Assembly (NCBI GenBank): GCA_017889845.1
Contig: JAGGAJ010000002.1
Span: 1-34,632, forward strand
DNA length: 34,632 nucleotides
Direction of reading: 5' to 3'
Source: Deltaproteobacteria bacterium
GTDB lineage: Bacteria; Desulfobacterota; Deferrimicrobia; Deferrimicrobiales; Deferrimicrobiaceae
In this document: in pieces, positions 17,589 through 27,686 of the stretch
Layout of the letters: every line of letters starts with the position of its first letter
How positions within the stretch are numbered: position 1 is the stretch's first letter
Translations under genes and position numbers: made by a program
Notes under the pieces: generated by a model
What the model was told of the DNA's origin: nothing
What the model saw: only the letters and a program-made list of their open reading frames with translations
The model's database searches: none

Positions 17589-18148
17589 AGGACCACCCGG
17601 ATCGTCTGGGCGAGGCGGATCGCGAGGCGACGGGCCGCGTCCTCGAAGGCAGCCCTCCGGTTGGCTTCCGTGTACTGGGGGTCCGGGCCGGAATAGAATG
17701 GAGCGGTCTCGGAGATTCCCGTTTCCTTCCAGAGGACACGGCCGTTCGCCACATCCACCACCCGGATGTCCAGGACGACGACGAGGCGGTATTCCAGGCC
17801 GAACCGGCTGTCCACCGCGTGGGAGACCACGCTCTCGCGGGTCTCCTGCACCTTCCCGTCGACCAGGAAGTCCGCGCGCGGCCGTTCGAATCCCCCCCGG
17901 TACCCCCCGCGGCGCAATTCCTCGCGAAGGCGGGCGGCGACGTAGGATCCCGCGTCCGGAATCGTGGAGGCGTTGGAGAACGGCGTGACGTCCATGCGGA
18001 CCTTTGCGTCGGAGAAACGCGAATTGGCCTCGGTCCGGAGCCGGTACCCGCAGCCGGAGGCCGCCATGACCGCCAGGAGTATGGCCGCGACGGTGCAGGC
18101 ACGGATGCGGGTACGGTCGAATGCCAGGGTGTTCGCGGGACGGGACAC
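17585..18148 (-). CDS. lptE: LPS-assembly lipoprotein LptE
   Basis: 187 aa with lipobox LLAVMAASG-C. Lies immediately downstream of leuS, as in most Proteobacteria-like genomes. GTG start 2 nt after the leuS stop. Confidence 0.75.
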   Translation of the reverse strand: MSRPANTLAFDRTRIRACTVAAILLAVMAASGCGYRLRTEANSRFSDAKVRMDVTPFSNASTIPDAGSYVAARLREELRRGGYRGGFERPRADFLVDGKVQETRESVVSHAVDSRFGLEYRLVVVLDIRVVDVANGRVLWKETGISETAPFYSGPDPQYTEANRRAAFEDAARRLAIRLAQTIRVVL

Positions 18149-18150
18149 TG

Positions 18151-20727
18151 TCAGGCCGCGACGATGCTGAACAGTTTGCCGGGGACGTACACAGTCTTGC
18201 GGATCTCCTTCCCCGCCGTGTGCTCCAGGACCCTCGGGTCGGACGTCGCCAGGACGCGGATCTCATCCTCCCCCGCCCCCGCCGCCACGGTGAGCCTCGT
18301 ACGGACCTTTCCGTTCACCTGGACGACCACCTCCACCGTGTCCTCCCGGGCGGCCGCGACGTCCGCCTCCGGCCAGCGACGGGTGCAGATCAGGTCGGCG
18401 TTCCCCACACGCTGCCACAGCTCCTCCGCGACGTGCGGAGCGAAGGGGGAGAGCATGTGAAGCAGCAGCTCCACCGCCTCCCGCAGCGCCCCGGCCGTGG
18501 CAGGGGCTCCCCACGCCGCGTCGTCCACGAGGTAGAGGAAGTTCACCATCTCCATGACGGCGGAGATGGCCGTGTTGAAGTGGAACCGCTCCTCCACGTC
18601 GCCGGTCACTTTCCGCAAGGTACGGTGGGTCACCTGGCGGATACGGCGCACCTCCTCCGACCCGTCCCACTGCCGCGGCGCGGCGGAGACCGCCCCCGCG
18701 CGCAGGGCGACAAGGCGGTATACCCGCCCGAGGAAGCGGAACGCCCCTTCCACCCCCTGCTCGCTCCAGTCCAGGTCCTTCTCCGGCGGCGCGGCGAAGA
18801 GGGAGAAGATGCGGGCGGTGTCCGCGCCGTACCGCTCGATCAGGGCGGACGGCTCCACGACGTTCCGTTTGGACTTGGACATCTTCATCGAACGGCCGAC
18901 GCTGACCGTCTCGCCGCACTGGCGGCACGCGCCGCTCTCGTCGACCTCCTCCGGGTACCGCCACCCGTGCTTGGGGCACTCGAGGGTCTGCATGCAGACC
19001 ATCCCCTGGGAGAGGAGCCGGAGGAACGGCTCGTTCCCCGGGGCGAGCCCCTTGTCGCGGAGATATCTGTGGAAGAAGCGGGCGTAGATCAGGTGCATGC
19101 AGGCGTGCTCGACACCCCCCACGTACTGGTCCACCGGGGCGAAGCGCCGCATCTTCTCCGGGTCGAGCGGCGCCCGGTCGTTCTTCGGGTCGATGTAGCG
19201 CAGGAAATACCAGCTGGACTCGAAGAAGGTGTCGAAGGTGTCCGTCTCGCGGCGGGCGGGCTTCCCGCAGGATGGGCACGGGACCCGGAGCCATCCCTCC
19301 GCGCCTGCGAGGGGGTTCCCACGCTCGCGGGTGTAGGGGAGGTCCTCCGGAAGCACCACGGGGAGGTCCTTCGCGGGCACCGGGACGACGCCGCACGCCT
19401 CGCAGTGGATCACCGGGATCGGGCACCCCCAGTACCGCTGGCGGCTGACGCCCCAGTCCCGCAGGCGGTACCGGACCGTCCCCCGGCCCTGGCCTTTCCC
19501 CTCGAGATGCCGCGTGATCGCAACCTTCCCGTCCCCGCTGTCCAGCCCGGAGAATTCCCCGGACCGGACGAGCCGGCCGGCCCCCTCGTGGGCCGCCGTC
19601 ATCGTCTCCGGGTCGAGCGCCTCCCCTTCCGGCTGGACGACGACCACGACCGGCAGCCCATACCGCCGGGCGAACTCGAAGTCCCGCTGGTCGTGCGCGG
19701 GAACCGCCATGACCGCGCCGGTTCCGTATTCGTAGAGGACGAAATTGGCGGCGTAGACGGGGATCTTCTCCCCCGTCGCCGGGTTGACGCAGTGCCCGCC
19801 GGTAAAGATCCCCTCCCTGGCCATGTCCTCGCCGGTCCGCTCGACCCGGTCCTGCCGCGCCACACGGTCGACGAATTCCCGGACCTCCACCTCGCGGCCC
19901 GACTTCCGGGCGAACTCCATCACCATCGGGTGCTCCGGCGCCATGCTCATGAACGTGGCGCCGAACAGGGTGTCCGGCCTCGTGGTGAAGACGGTGATGT
20001 CCCCGGCCCCTTCCGCGAGGGGAAAGCGGATCTCCGCGCCCTCGCTGCGCCCGATCCAGTTGCGCTGCATCTCGAGGATGTTCTCCGGCCACCCGCCCGC
20101 GAGCTCCCCGTGCCCCGCCAGCAGCTCCTCGGCGTACTTCGTGATGGCGACGAACCACTGGTCGAGCTCCCGCTGCGTCACCTGGGTCTGGTCGTGGATG
20201 AAGCACGTCCCGTCGCGGTTGACCTGCTCGTTGGCGAGCACGGTCTGGCACTCGTCGCACCAGTTCAGGGTCGCGCGCTTCCGGTAGGCGATCCCGTCCT
20301 CGAGCATCCAGAGGAAGAACAGCTGCTCCCACCGGTAATATTCGGGGGAGCAGGTGGAGAACTCCCGCTCCCAGTCGTAGGAGATCCCCATCTGCTTGAG
20401 CTGTTCCCGCATGAAGCCGATGTTCTCCCACGTCCACTTCGCGGGGTGCGTCCCGTGGCGGAACGCGGCGTTCTCGGCGGGCAGCCCGAAGGCGTCCCAC
20501 CCGATGGGGTGGAGGACCTGGTAGCCGCGCATCCGCTTGAACCGCGCGAGGAGGTCGCCGATGGTGTACACCCGCACGTGGCCCATGTGGATCCGGCCGG
20601 AAGGGTACGGGAACATCTCGAGGCAGTAATATTTCGGGGCGGACAGGGCGTCGGGGCAGCGGAACACCCCGGCCTCCTCCCACGCCTTCTGCCACTTCCC
20701 CTCGATGTCCCGCGGCCTGTACTTCAT
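18151..20727 (-). CDS. leuS: Leucine--tRNA ligase
   Basis: 858 aa. HIGH-type motif (GRIHMGHVRVYT), KMSKS (MKMSKSKRN), and CP1 editing domain. GGAGGG SD 7 nt upstream of ATG 20727. Confidence 0.95.
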   Translation of the reverse strand: MKYRPRDIEGKWQKAWEEAGVFRCPDALSAPKYYCLEMFPYPSGRIHMGHVRVYTIGDLLARFKRMRGYQVLHPIGWDAFGLPAENAAFRHGTHPAKWTWENIGFMREQLKQMGISYDWEREFSTCSPEYYRWEQLFFLWMLEDGIAYRKRATLNWCDECQTVLANEQVNRDGTCFIHDQTQVTQRELDQWFVAITKYAEELLAGHGELAGGWPENILEMQRNWIGRSEGAEIRFPLAEGAGDITVFTTRPDTLFGATFMSMAPEHPMVMEFARKSGREVEVREFVDRVARQDRVERTGEDMAREGIFTGGHCVNPATGEKIPVYAANFVLYEYGTGAVMAVPAHDQRDFEFARRYGLPVVVVVQPEGEALDPETMTAAHEGAGRLVRSGEFSGLDSGDGKVAITRHLEGKGQGRGTVRYRLRDWGVSRQRYWGCPIPVIHCEACGVVPVPAKDLPVVLPEDLPYTRERGNPLAGAEGWLRVPCPSCGKPARRETDTFDTFFESSWYFLRYIDPKNDRAPLDPEKMRRFAPVDQYVGGVEHACMHLIYARFFHRYLRDKGLAPGNEPFLRLLSQGMVCMQTLECPKHGWRYPEEVDESGACRQCGETVSVGRSMKMSKSKRNVVEPSALIERYGADTARIFSLFAAPPEKDLDWSEQGVEGAFRFLGRVYRLVALRAGAVSAAPRQWDGSEEVRRIRQVTHRTLRKVTGDVEERFHFNTAISAVMEMVNFLYLVDDAAWGAPATAGALREAVELLLHMLSPFAPHVAEELWQRVGNADLICTRRWPEADVAAAREDTVEVVVQVNGKVRTRLTVAAGAGEDEIRVLATSDPRVLEHTAGKEIRKTVYVPGKLFSIVAA

Positions 20728-20753
20728 CCCGAACCCTCCGTCGGCGTCATTTT

Positions 20754-20895
20754 ACACCTCACCGGAGGCGCAGCGGGGGGTTCCTCGGAAGCGGCGTATG
20801 GAGCGGAGGCAGAAATTGCGTCGAGCGGAATCGCAGTGAGCGGGCGAAGGTCGCGAGCGTAGCTTCCGAGGAAGCCCCCCGCGAGCCGCAGGTGT
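20754..20895. repeat. About 142-nt imperfect palindromic intergenic element A (nusB-leuS spacer)
   Basis: Arm GCGGGGGGTTCCTCGGAAGC (20773-20792) pairs with GCTTCCGAGGAAGCCCCCCGC (20862-20882): 20 bp with one bulge. An outer ACACCT (20754-20759) pairs with AGGTGT (20890-20895). The 69-nt centre carries GAGCGG three times. Confidence 0.6.
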
Positions 20896-20925
20896 CCAGT
20901 TGTAATATCCGTCACACGTTGATCC

Positions 20926-21339
20926 TTACCGGGCTGGTGTCTTCTTCCGGACGAGCTCCGCGATGCGGTCGAGGATGCCGTTGACGAACGCGCCGGACTC
21001 CTCCGCGCCGAACCGCTTGGCGAGATCGACCGCCTCGTTGATCGCCACCGCGAACGGGATGTCCCTGCCGTGCCGGATCTCGTACGCGCCGAGGCGGAGG
21101 ATGTTCCGGTCCACCAGCGCCATCCGCTCGAGGCGCCAGTTCTCCGCGGCGTCGCGGATCAGCCCGTCGATCTCCACGCGGTGCTCCCACACCCCGCGGA
21201 CCGTTCCGTCGTAATACTCCGCGTCGCGGGGCGGGGAGGAGGCCAGCGCGAACAGGGGGATGGCCTCGTCCGGACCAACCCCCAGGGCGTCCATCAGGAA
21301 CAGCGTCTGGAAGGCCTTTTCTCGGGATTCCCGGCGCAC
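20926..21339 (-). CDS. nusB: Transcription antitermination factor NusB
   Basis: (V)RRESREKAFQTLF...AINEAVDLAKRFGAEESGAFVNGILDRI matches the NusB family. I prefer GTG 21339 over the ORF-track TTG 21390. The 17-codon extension has clearly lower third-position GC and overlaps element B. Neither start has a good SD. Confidence 0.8.
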   Translation of the reverse strand: MRRESREKAFQTLFLMDALGVGPDEAIPLFALASSPPRDAEYYDGTVRGVWEHRVEIDGLIRDAAENWRLERMALVDRNILRLGAYEIRHGRDIPFAVAINEAVDLAKRFGAEESGAFVNGILDRIAELVRKKTPAR

Positions 21340-21370
21340 GCGAATGCTGTTTCGCCCCGGGAATCCCGGG
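21321..21370. promoter_or_regulatory. Twin palindromic 13-mers / 11-14 bp hairpin enclosing the nusB GTG start
   Basis: GGGATTCCCGG (21324-21334) and CCGGGAATCCC (21357-21367) are perfect inverted repeats, extendable to 21321/21370. Each copy is itself a near-palindrome, CCGGGAWTCCCGG. GTG 21339 lies in the 22-nt loop. Confidence 0.4.
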
Positions 21371-21374
21371 GCTA

Positions 21375-21536
21375 GTGTTCCGTCTCGCAAATAGCTTGAC
21401 GCACCGAGAGCGCCGATGCGCCGAGTCCGGCAAGGCGCACGACCGAGCCGTACTTACAAGTACGGAGAGGGAGTGCAACGACGCCGGCGCGGATGCAGCG
21501 GCGATCGAATGCCGAGGTATTTGCGATACGGGACAC
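21375..21536. repeat. 162-nt imperfect palindromic element B with 19-bp terminal inverted repeats (ribH-nusB spacer); MITE-like or structured RNA
   Basis: GTGTTCCGTCTCGCAAATA (21375-21393) versus TATTTGCGATACGGGACAC (21518-21536): 17/19 complementary. TA on both flanks (21373-21374 and 21537-21538). Internal hairpins CCGTACTT-AC-AAGTACGG (21448-21465) and TGCGCC-11 nt-GGCGCA (21417-21439). Confidence 0.55.
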
Positions 21537-21997
21537 TACATCCTCCGGAGGAGGCTGACCATTTCCAGGGCGGACTGGGCCGCCTCGGCGCCCTTGTTTC
21601 CCGCCTTCGTTCCGGCCCGCTCGATCGCCTGTTCCACCGTGTCGGTGGTGAGCACGCCGAAGGCGACGGGGACGCCCGTGTCCAGCATCACCTGGGCGAC
21701 GCCCTTGGTGACCTCGGCGCTGAGGTAGTCGAAGTGGGGGGTTCCTCCCCGGATCAGCGCCCCGAGGGCGACCACCGCGTCCACCTTCGTCCCGGCCGCC
21801 CGCCGTACCCCCAGCGGGATCTCGAAGGACCCGGGGACCTTCACGACCGTGATCCCCTTCTCTTCCACGCCGTGCCGCCTCAGGGCGTCCAACGCCCCTT
21901 CGAGCAGCCGATCCGTGATGAAGCCGTTGAACCGCGACACCACGATCGCGATCTTGACGCCCTGCCCCTGGAGATCCCCCTCGATCACACGCACCAT
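21536..21997 (-). CDS. ribH: 6,7-dimethyl-8-ribityllumazine synthase
   Basis: 153 aa. [39 protein letters not shown] is a typical RibH N-terminus. GGAGGAG SD. Confidence 0.95.
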   Translation of the reverse strand: MVRVIEGDLQGQGVKIAIVVSRFNGFITDRLLEGALDALRRHGVEEKGITVVKVPGSFEIPLGVRRAAGTKVDAVVALGALIRGGTPHFDYLSAEVTKGVAQVMLDTGVPVAFGVLTTDTVEQAIERAGTKAGNKGAEAAQSALEMVSLLRRM

Positions 21998-22006
21998 CGG
22001 CTCCTC

Positions 22007-23215
<1,209 letters not shown>

Positions 23216-23231
23216 CCGTTCCTCGCGTTTC

Positions 23232-23864
23232 TCAAGAAAAGCCGTGCTGCTTCAGGAAATCCCTGGTGATCCCGCCGCCGCCCTCCATGTGGCGCAGGAC
23301 GTACTTGCCCACGATGTCGGCCTCGAGGTTGACCCGTTCCCCGGGACGCGATGCACCGAGGGTCGTCCGTTCCAGCGTAAGCGGGATGAGGGTCAGTTCA
23401 AATCCTTCCGGGCGGACGGCGCTGACCGTGAGGCTCACCCCGTCCACGGCCACCGCACCCTTGTAAACCACGAACTTCATTATAGAAGGATCGGCCTGGA
23501 TATGGAACACCCTGGCTTCCCCCTGGGGCCGGATCTCCCGGATCGTCCCTGTGCCGTCCACGTGCCCGTACACGATGTGCCCCCCGAGGCGCCCGGTGAG
23601 GATCACGGCGCGCTCCAGGTTGACCCGGGTCCCCGGCCGTGCGGAGGTCAGGGTCGTCTTCGACAGGGTTTCCCGGGAGACGTCCGCCGTGAACCTCCCG
23701 TCCCCCTTCCCCGCGACCGTCAGGCAAACCCCGGATACGGCGATGGATTCCCCGAGGGCGATCTCCGCGATCGGAAGTCCTGTCGCCACCGTGACCGATG
23801 TCCCCGCCCGGAGAGGGGAAACGGAAACGACCGTCCCGATATCCTCCACGATCCCCGTGAACAT
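23232..23864 (-). CDS. ribE: Riboflavin synthase (alpha chain)
   Basis: 210 aa. [12 protein letters not shown] start with duplicated lumazine-binding barrels. Confidence 0.9.
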   Translation of the reverse strand: MFTGIVEDIGTVVSVSPLRAGTSVTVATGLPIAEIALGESIAVSGVCLTVAGKGDGRFTADVSRETLSKTTLTSARPGTRVNLERAVILTGRLGGHIVYGHVDGTGTIREIRPQGEARVFHIQADPSIMKFVVYKGAVAVDGVSLTVSAVRPEGFELTLIPLTLERTTLGASRPGERVNLEADIVGKYVLRHMEGGGGITRDFLKQHGFS

Positions 23865-23868
23865 CGCG

Positions 23869-24972
23869 CTACCTCCCTTCCCGCGGTTCGGCGATCAGGA
23901 GGATGTCCCTCCCCACCCGCCGCACGGCCTCGAAGGAAAGCCACACCCCCGACCGCGGGTCCGGGCACGCCCAGCCCGACAGGGCCCGCACCCCCTCACC
24001 CAGCAGGAGGGGAGCGACGAACAGGACGTACCGGTCGACGCCACCTTCCGCGGCGAGCCATCCCGCGGTCTTTCCACCCCCCTCCACCAGCAGGGAGGTC
24101 ACCCCTTCCGCGCCCAGTGCGCCGAGGAGGTCGGCGGCGCGGATCCTCCCTCCCCTCGAGGGTAGCGGGAGCACGCGCGCGCCGAGCGCCCGGAGCCGCT
24201 CCGCCTCCCTGCGCTGGATTCCCGCGGGGCACGCCACGAGGACCTCCCCGGGTCCCTCCCGGAAGATGCGGTTCCTCCGCAACGCGCCGGGCCGTGTCGT
24301 GAGGACGACGCGCCGCGGCGTTCTCCCGCCCGGGACGCGCGCGGTGAGGAGCGGGTCGTCGCGCCGCGCGGTGCCGCCCCCCACCAGGATGGCGTCCGAC
24401 TCGGAGCGCATCCGGTGCACCATGCGACGCGCCGCCTCCCCGCTGATCCACCGGGATGCGCCGCCAGCCGCCGCGATCTGACCGTCCAGGGAGACGGCCA
24501 GCTTCAGCGTCACGTAGGGGCGGCCCGTGACGACCCACCGGGCGAACCCCCGGTTAAGCTCCCCCGCACCGTCCGAAAGGAGCCCCTCGTGGACCGCCAC
24601 CCCCGCCTCCCGTAGGCGGCGGCCCCCCCGTCCCCGGACGCGGGGATTGGGGTCCTCTATCGCGTACGCCACCCGCGCTACACCGGCGGCTATGACGGCG
24701 GCGGTGCAGGGCGGCGTGCGCCCCCTGTGGTCGCAAGGCTCCAGGGTGACGTACAGGTCCGCTCCCCGGGCTTTCTCCCCCGCCGCGCGCAGCGCCTCGA
24801 CCTCGGCGTGCGGCCCCCCGGCTGCCCGGTGCCACCCCTCCCCCACCACGCGCCCCCGGCGGACGACCACCGCGCCGACGGCGGGGTTGGGAAACGTCCG
24901 TCCCAGCCCCTTCCTGGCGAGGAAGAGGGCCCTGCGCATGAACGCGGCGGCGGGAAAGGTCCCTTTCGGCAT
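23869..24972 (-). CDS. ribD: Bifunctional riboflavin biosynthesis protein RibD (deaminase/reductase)
   Basis: ORF 23869..25443 trimmed to ATG 24972 ([22 protein letters not shown]). CMP/dCMP deaminase zinc motifs HAEVEAL and PCDHRGRTPPC, then the reductase domain. 367 aa. The ATG shares one base with the nrdR stop. Confidence 0.9.
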   Translation of the reverse strand: MPKGTFPAAAFMRRALFLARKGLGRTFPNPAVGAVVVRRGRVVGEGWHRAAGGPHAEVEALRAAGEKARGADLYVTLEPCDHRGRTPPCTAAVIAAGVARVAYAIEDPNPRVRGRGGRRLREAGVAVHEGLLSDGAGELNRGFARWVVTGRPYVTLKLAVSLDGQIAAAGGASRWISGEAARRMVHRMRSESDAILVGGGTARRDDPLLTARVPGGRTPRRVVLTTRPGALRRNRIFREGPGEVLVACPAGIQRREAERLRALGARVLPLPSRGGRIRAADLLGALGAEGVTSLLVEGGGKTAGWLAAEGGVDRYVLFVAPLLLGEGVRALSGWACPDPRSGVWLSFEAVRRVGRDILLIAEPREGR

Positions 24973-25448
24973 CAGGGCTTGCCGCGGCGGTCGGCGGGCT
25001 CGGTGATGAGCGTCTTGATCTCCTCGACGAACTGGCTCACGTCCTTGAACTGCCGGTACACGGAGGCGAACCGCACATAGGCCACGTCGTCCACCGGGAG
25101 CAGCTTCGCCATTACCCGCTCCCCGATCCGGATCGAGGAGATCTCCTTCTCCGCCGACGCCTGGAACTCCATCTCCAGGGTGTCGACGAGGTGCTCGATG
25201 GTGGCGTAGCTGACGGGGCGCTTCTCGCACGCCTTGAGGATGCCGGTGAGGATCTTCTGCCGGTCGAACGGCTCGCGGCGGCCGTCCCGTTTGACCACCA
25301 GGGGAAGCTCCTCCTCGATCCGCTCGTAGGTGGTGAAGCGGCGCTGGCAGGAGAGGCACTCCCTCCTCCGCCGGATCACGTCGCCGTCCTTGCCCGCCCG
25401 GGAGTCGACCACCTTGTTGTCGTCGTGGCCGCACCGGGGACACCTCAC
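24972..25448 (-). CDS. nrdR: Transcriptional repressor NrdR
   Basis: ORF 24972..25730 trimmed to GTG 25448, giving (M)[16 protein letters not shown]...[12 protein letters not shown] (zinc ribbon) plus an ATP-cone. 158 aa. The GTG overlaps the upstream stop (GTGA). Confidence 0.9.
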   Translation of the reverse strand: MRCPRCGHDDNKVVDSRAGKDGDVIRRRRECLSCQRRFTTYERIEEELPLVVKRDGRREPFDRQKILTGILKACEKRPVSYATIEHLVDTLEMEFQASAEKEISSIRIGERVMAKLLPVDDVAYVRFASVYRQFKDVSQFVEEIKTLITEPADRRGKP

Positions 25449-25915
25449 GGGGCAGGGTCTCCCATCCGCACCAGCTCCATCCCGACCTCCGAGAGCATCT
25501 CGCAGGTCAGCGCGTCGCTGTACCCCTCGATGTAGACCACGCGGCGCACCCCCGCGTTGATGAGCATCTTCGCGCAGATGATGCAAGGAAGGTTGGTGCA
25601 GTAGAGGACGGCGTCGCGGATCGACACGCCGTGGAAGGCTGCCTGGATGATGGCGTTCTGCTCCGCGTGCAACCCCCGGCACAGTTCGTGCCGCTCGCCG
25701 GACGGGACCTGGAGCCGATCCCGGAGGCACCCGGCCACATCGCAGTGGGTGACCCCGGATGGGACGCCGTTGTACCCCGTGGCCAGCAGGCGCCGGTCTT
25801 TCACCAGCACCGCGCCGACCGCCCGCCGCAGGCAGGAGGAACGCCTTGCGGCGAGCTTCGCCATGTCCATGAAATAGGTGTCCCAGTCCGGACGGGTCCG
25901 GGCTCCCGTAGTCAA
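25445..25915 (-). CDS. Deoxycytidylate (dCMP) deaminase, ComEB-like
   Basis: 156 aa. Zinc motifs HAEQNAI and [13 protein letters not shown] start preceded by AAGGGGTGA. Confidence 0.85.
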   Translation of the reverse strand: MTTGARTRPDWDTYFMDMAKLAARRSSCLRRAVGAVLVKDRRLLATGYNGVPSGVTHCDVAGCLRDRLQVPSGERHELCRGLHAEQNAIIQAAFHGVSIRDAVLYCTNLPCIICAKMLINAGVRRVVYIEGYSDALTCEMLSEVGMELVRMGDPAP

Positions 25916-25919
25916 GGGC

Positions 25920-27182
25920 TCACCCCTTCGCGTACTCCCCCAGGCGCGAGGCGTAGAGAGGGAAGGAGCCGCAGAGGGAGCGGACCTCCGACTCCACCCG
26001 CTTCTGTTCCGACGCGTCGGAAGGGCTGGCCAGCACGTCGGCGATCCAGTTGCCGATCCGTTCCATCTCCCGTTCCTTCATCCCGCGGGTGGTCAGCGCG
26101 GGCGTCCCGATGCGGATGCCGCTGGTGACGAAGGGGCTGCGCGTCTCGAAGGGGACGGTGTTCTTGTTGACCGTGATCCCCACCCGCTCCAGAGCCTCCT
26201 CCCCCTCTTTCCCCGTCAGCGGGGTGTCTTTCAGGTTCACGAGAAACAGGTGGTTGTCCGTCCCCCCGGACACCAGCCGATGGCCGCGGGAGAGGAGCGT
26301 CTTCGCCATCGCGGCGGCGTTCCGGAGGATCTGCGCCTGGTACTCCCGGAACGTGGGCTCCATCGCCTCCTTCAGCGCGACCGCCTTCGCAGCGATGACG
26401 TGCATCAGGGGGCCGCCCTGGATCCCGGGGAAGATGGCGGAGTTCAGCTTCTTCGCCATGTCCTCCCGGCACATGATCATCCCCGCGCGGGGGCCGCGCA
26501 GCGTCTTGTGGGTGGTGGTGGTCACGAACTCGCAGTGCGGCACGGGGGTGGGGTGCAGCCCGACGGCGACCATCCCCGCGACGTGTGCGATGTCCGCCAT
26601 CACCATGCATCCCGCCTCGTCGGCGATCTGGCGGAACGCCCGGAAGTCGATGGTCCGGGGATACGCGGAGGCGCCCACCACGATCAGCTTCGGCCTGTGC
26701 TTGAGGGCCAGGTCGCGGACCTGGTCGTAGTCGATCGTCTCCGTGTCCTCCCGCACGCCGTAGGGCACCACGTTGAAGAGCTTCCCCGAGAAGTTCACGG
26801 GGCTCCCGTGGGTCAGGTGCCCCCCGTGCGAGAGGTTCATCCCGAGCATGGTGTCCCCCGGGTTCATCACGGAGAGGTAGACGGCCATGTTCGCCTGGGA
26901 GCCGGAGTGGGGCTGGACGTTTACGTGGTCGGCGCCGAAGATCTTCTTCGCCCGCTCGATGGCCAGCGATTCCGCCATGTCCACGAACTCGCAGCCGCCG
27001 TAATACCGCTTTCCGGGATAACCCTCGGCGTACTTGTTCGTCAGGACGGAGCCCGTGGCCTCCAGAACCGCCTCGCTCACAAAGTTCTCGGAGGCGATCA
27101 GCTCGAGGCGGTACGCCTGCCGCTCGGTCTCCTTGCGGATGATCTCGTGGATCTCGGGATCGATGACCTTCAGGTATGACAT
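25920..27182 (-). CDS. glyA: Serine hydroxymethyltransferase
   Basis: SHGGHLTHG and the PLP-lysine motif [15 protein letters not shown] 27182 has AAGGAG at 7-nt spacing, so I prefer it to the ORF-track GTG 27188. Confidence 0.95.
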   Translation of the reverse strand: MSYLKVIDPEIHEIIRKETERQAYRLELIASENFVSEAVLEATGSVLTNKYAEGYPGKRYYGGCEFVDMAESLAIERAKKIFGADHVNVQPHSGSQANMAVYLSVMNPGDTMLGMNLSHGGHLTHGSPVNFSGKLFNVVPYGVREDTETIDYDQVRDLALKHRPKLIVVGASAYPRTIDFRAFRQIADEAGCMVMADIAHVAGMVAVGLHPTPVPHCEFVTTTTHKTLRGPRAGMIMCREDMAKKLNSAIFPGIQGGPLMHVIAAKAVALKEAMEPTFREYQAQILRNAAAMAKTLLSRGHRLVSGGTDNHLFLVNLKDTPLTGKEGEEALERVGITVNKNTVPFETRSPFVTSGIRIGTPALTTRGMKEREMERIGNWIADVLASPSDASEQKRVESEVRSLCGSFPLYASRLGEYAKG

Positions 27183-27184
27183 GC

Positions 27185-27682
27185 TCACGCTCCTTGTCCC
27201 TCCGGACCCGGCCCGTGCCCGGTCGAATTTTTCCTCTCGATGTCCCGGATCTTGGAAAGGCGCCCCCCGTGCCGTCCTCCCTCGAAATCTTCCGTGAGGA
27301 AGATCCGGAGCCGCCGGACGGCGTCCTCGGGGGTCATGGTGCGCGCCCCGAACACCGCGACGTTGGCGTCGTTGTGCTGCCGCGCGAGCCGCGCCGACGC
27401 GTCGTCGTAAAGGACGGCCGCGCGGACGCCCGCGAACTTGTTGGCGGTCATCGCCATTCCGAGGCCCGTGCCGCAGACCAGCACGCCCGCTTCCGCCGTG
27501 CCGCCGGAGACCCGGCCAGCCACCGCCGCGGCGAAGTCGGGGTAGTCCACCGACGCCGTGGACCCCGTGCCGAGGTCCTCTGCATCGATCCCCATTTCCG
27601 CGAGCGCTTCCCGCAGGTGCCGCTTCATCTCCACGCCCGCGTGGTCGGAGGCAAGGACGATCCGGCGGGGCGGGGCCGCCAA
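27185..27682 (-). CDS. rpiB: Ribose-5-phosphate isomerase B
   Basis: ORF 27185..27757 trimmed to TTG 27682 (GAGGG SD 8 nt upstream, just after the fabF stop). [28 protein letters not shown]. It carries about 20 extra C-terminal residues relative to a typical RpiB. Confidence 0.85.
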   Translation of the reverse strand: MAAPPRRIVLASDHAGVEMKRHLREALAEMGIDAEDLGTGSTASVDYPDFAAAVAGRVSGGTAEAGVLVCGTGLGMAMTANKFAGVRAAVLYDDASARLARQHNDANVAVFGARTMTPEDAVRRLRIFLTEDFEGGRHGGRLSKIRDIERKNSTGHGPGPEGQGA

Positions 27683-27686
27683 GGGG

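Noticed and set aside
18121-20862. 913-aa plus-strand ORF and 810-aa minus-strand ORF (18263..20695) over leuS
   Set aside because: They are antisense or off-frame relative to an unambiguous leucyl-tRNA synthetase (HIGH/KMSKS motifs). The translations are low complexity with no family resemblance.
20724-20915. 63-aa ORF filling the nusB-leuS spacer, whose TGA overlaps the leuS ATG (ATGA)
   Set aside because: Its third-position GC (about 63% by my count) is far below that of neighbouring genes. The sequence is the palindromic element A read through, and there is no SD before its GTG. The ATGA overlap is intriguing but insufficient on its own.
21340-21390. Longer NusB form starting at TTG 21390 (ORF-track call), and the 188-aa ORF 20912..21478
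   Set aside because: The 17-codon extension has low third-position GC, no SD, overlaps the left arm of element B, and adds an N-terminus not seen in NusB proteins. The 188-aa ORF is off-frame to nusB.
20728-21535. BoxA-like Nus-factor autoregulation site, or canonical intrinsic terminators, in the spacers flanking nusB
   Set aside because: I found no GCTCTTTAACAA-like sequence on the transcribed strand. Neither palindrome is followed by a U-tract: element A is followed by AAAATG and element B by TAGCCCC on the mRNA strand.
20754-21536. tRNA or other known small RNA genes inside elements A and B
   Set aside because: There is no cloverleaf-compatible arrangement and no GTTCGAATC-type T-loop. 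The TCGAAT at 21505-21510 lacks flanking T-arm pairing.
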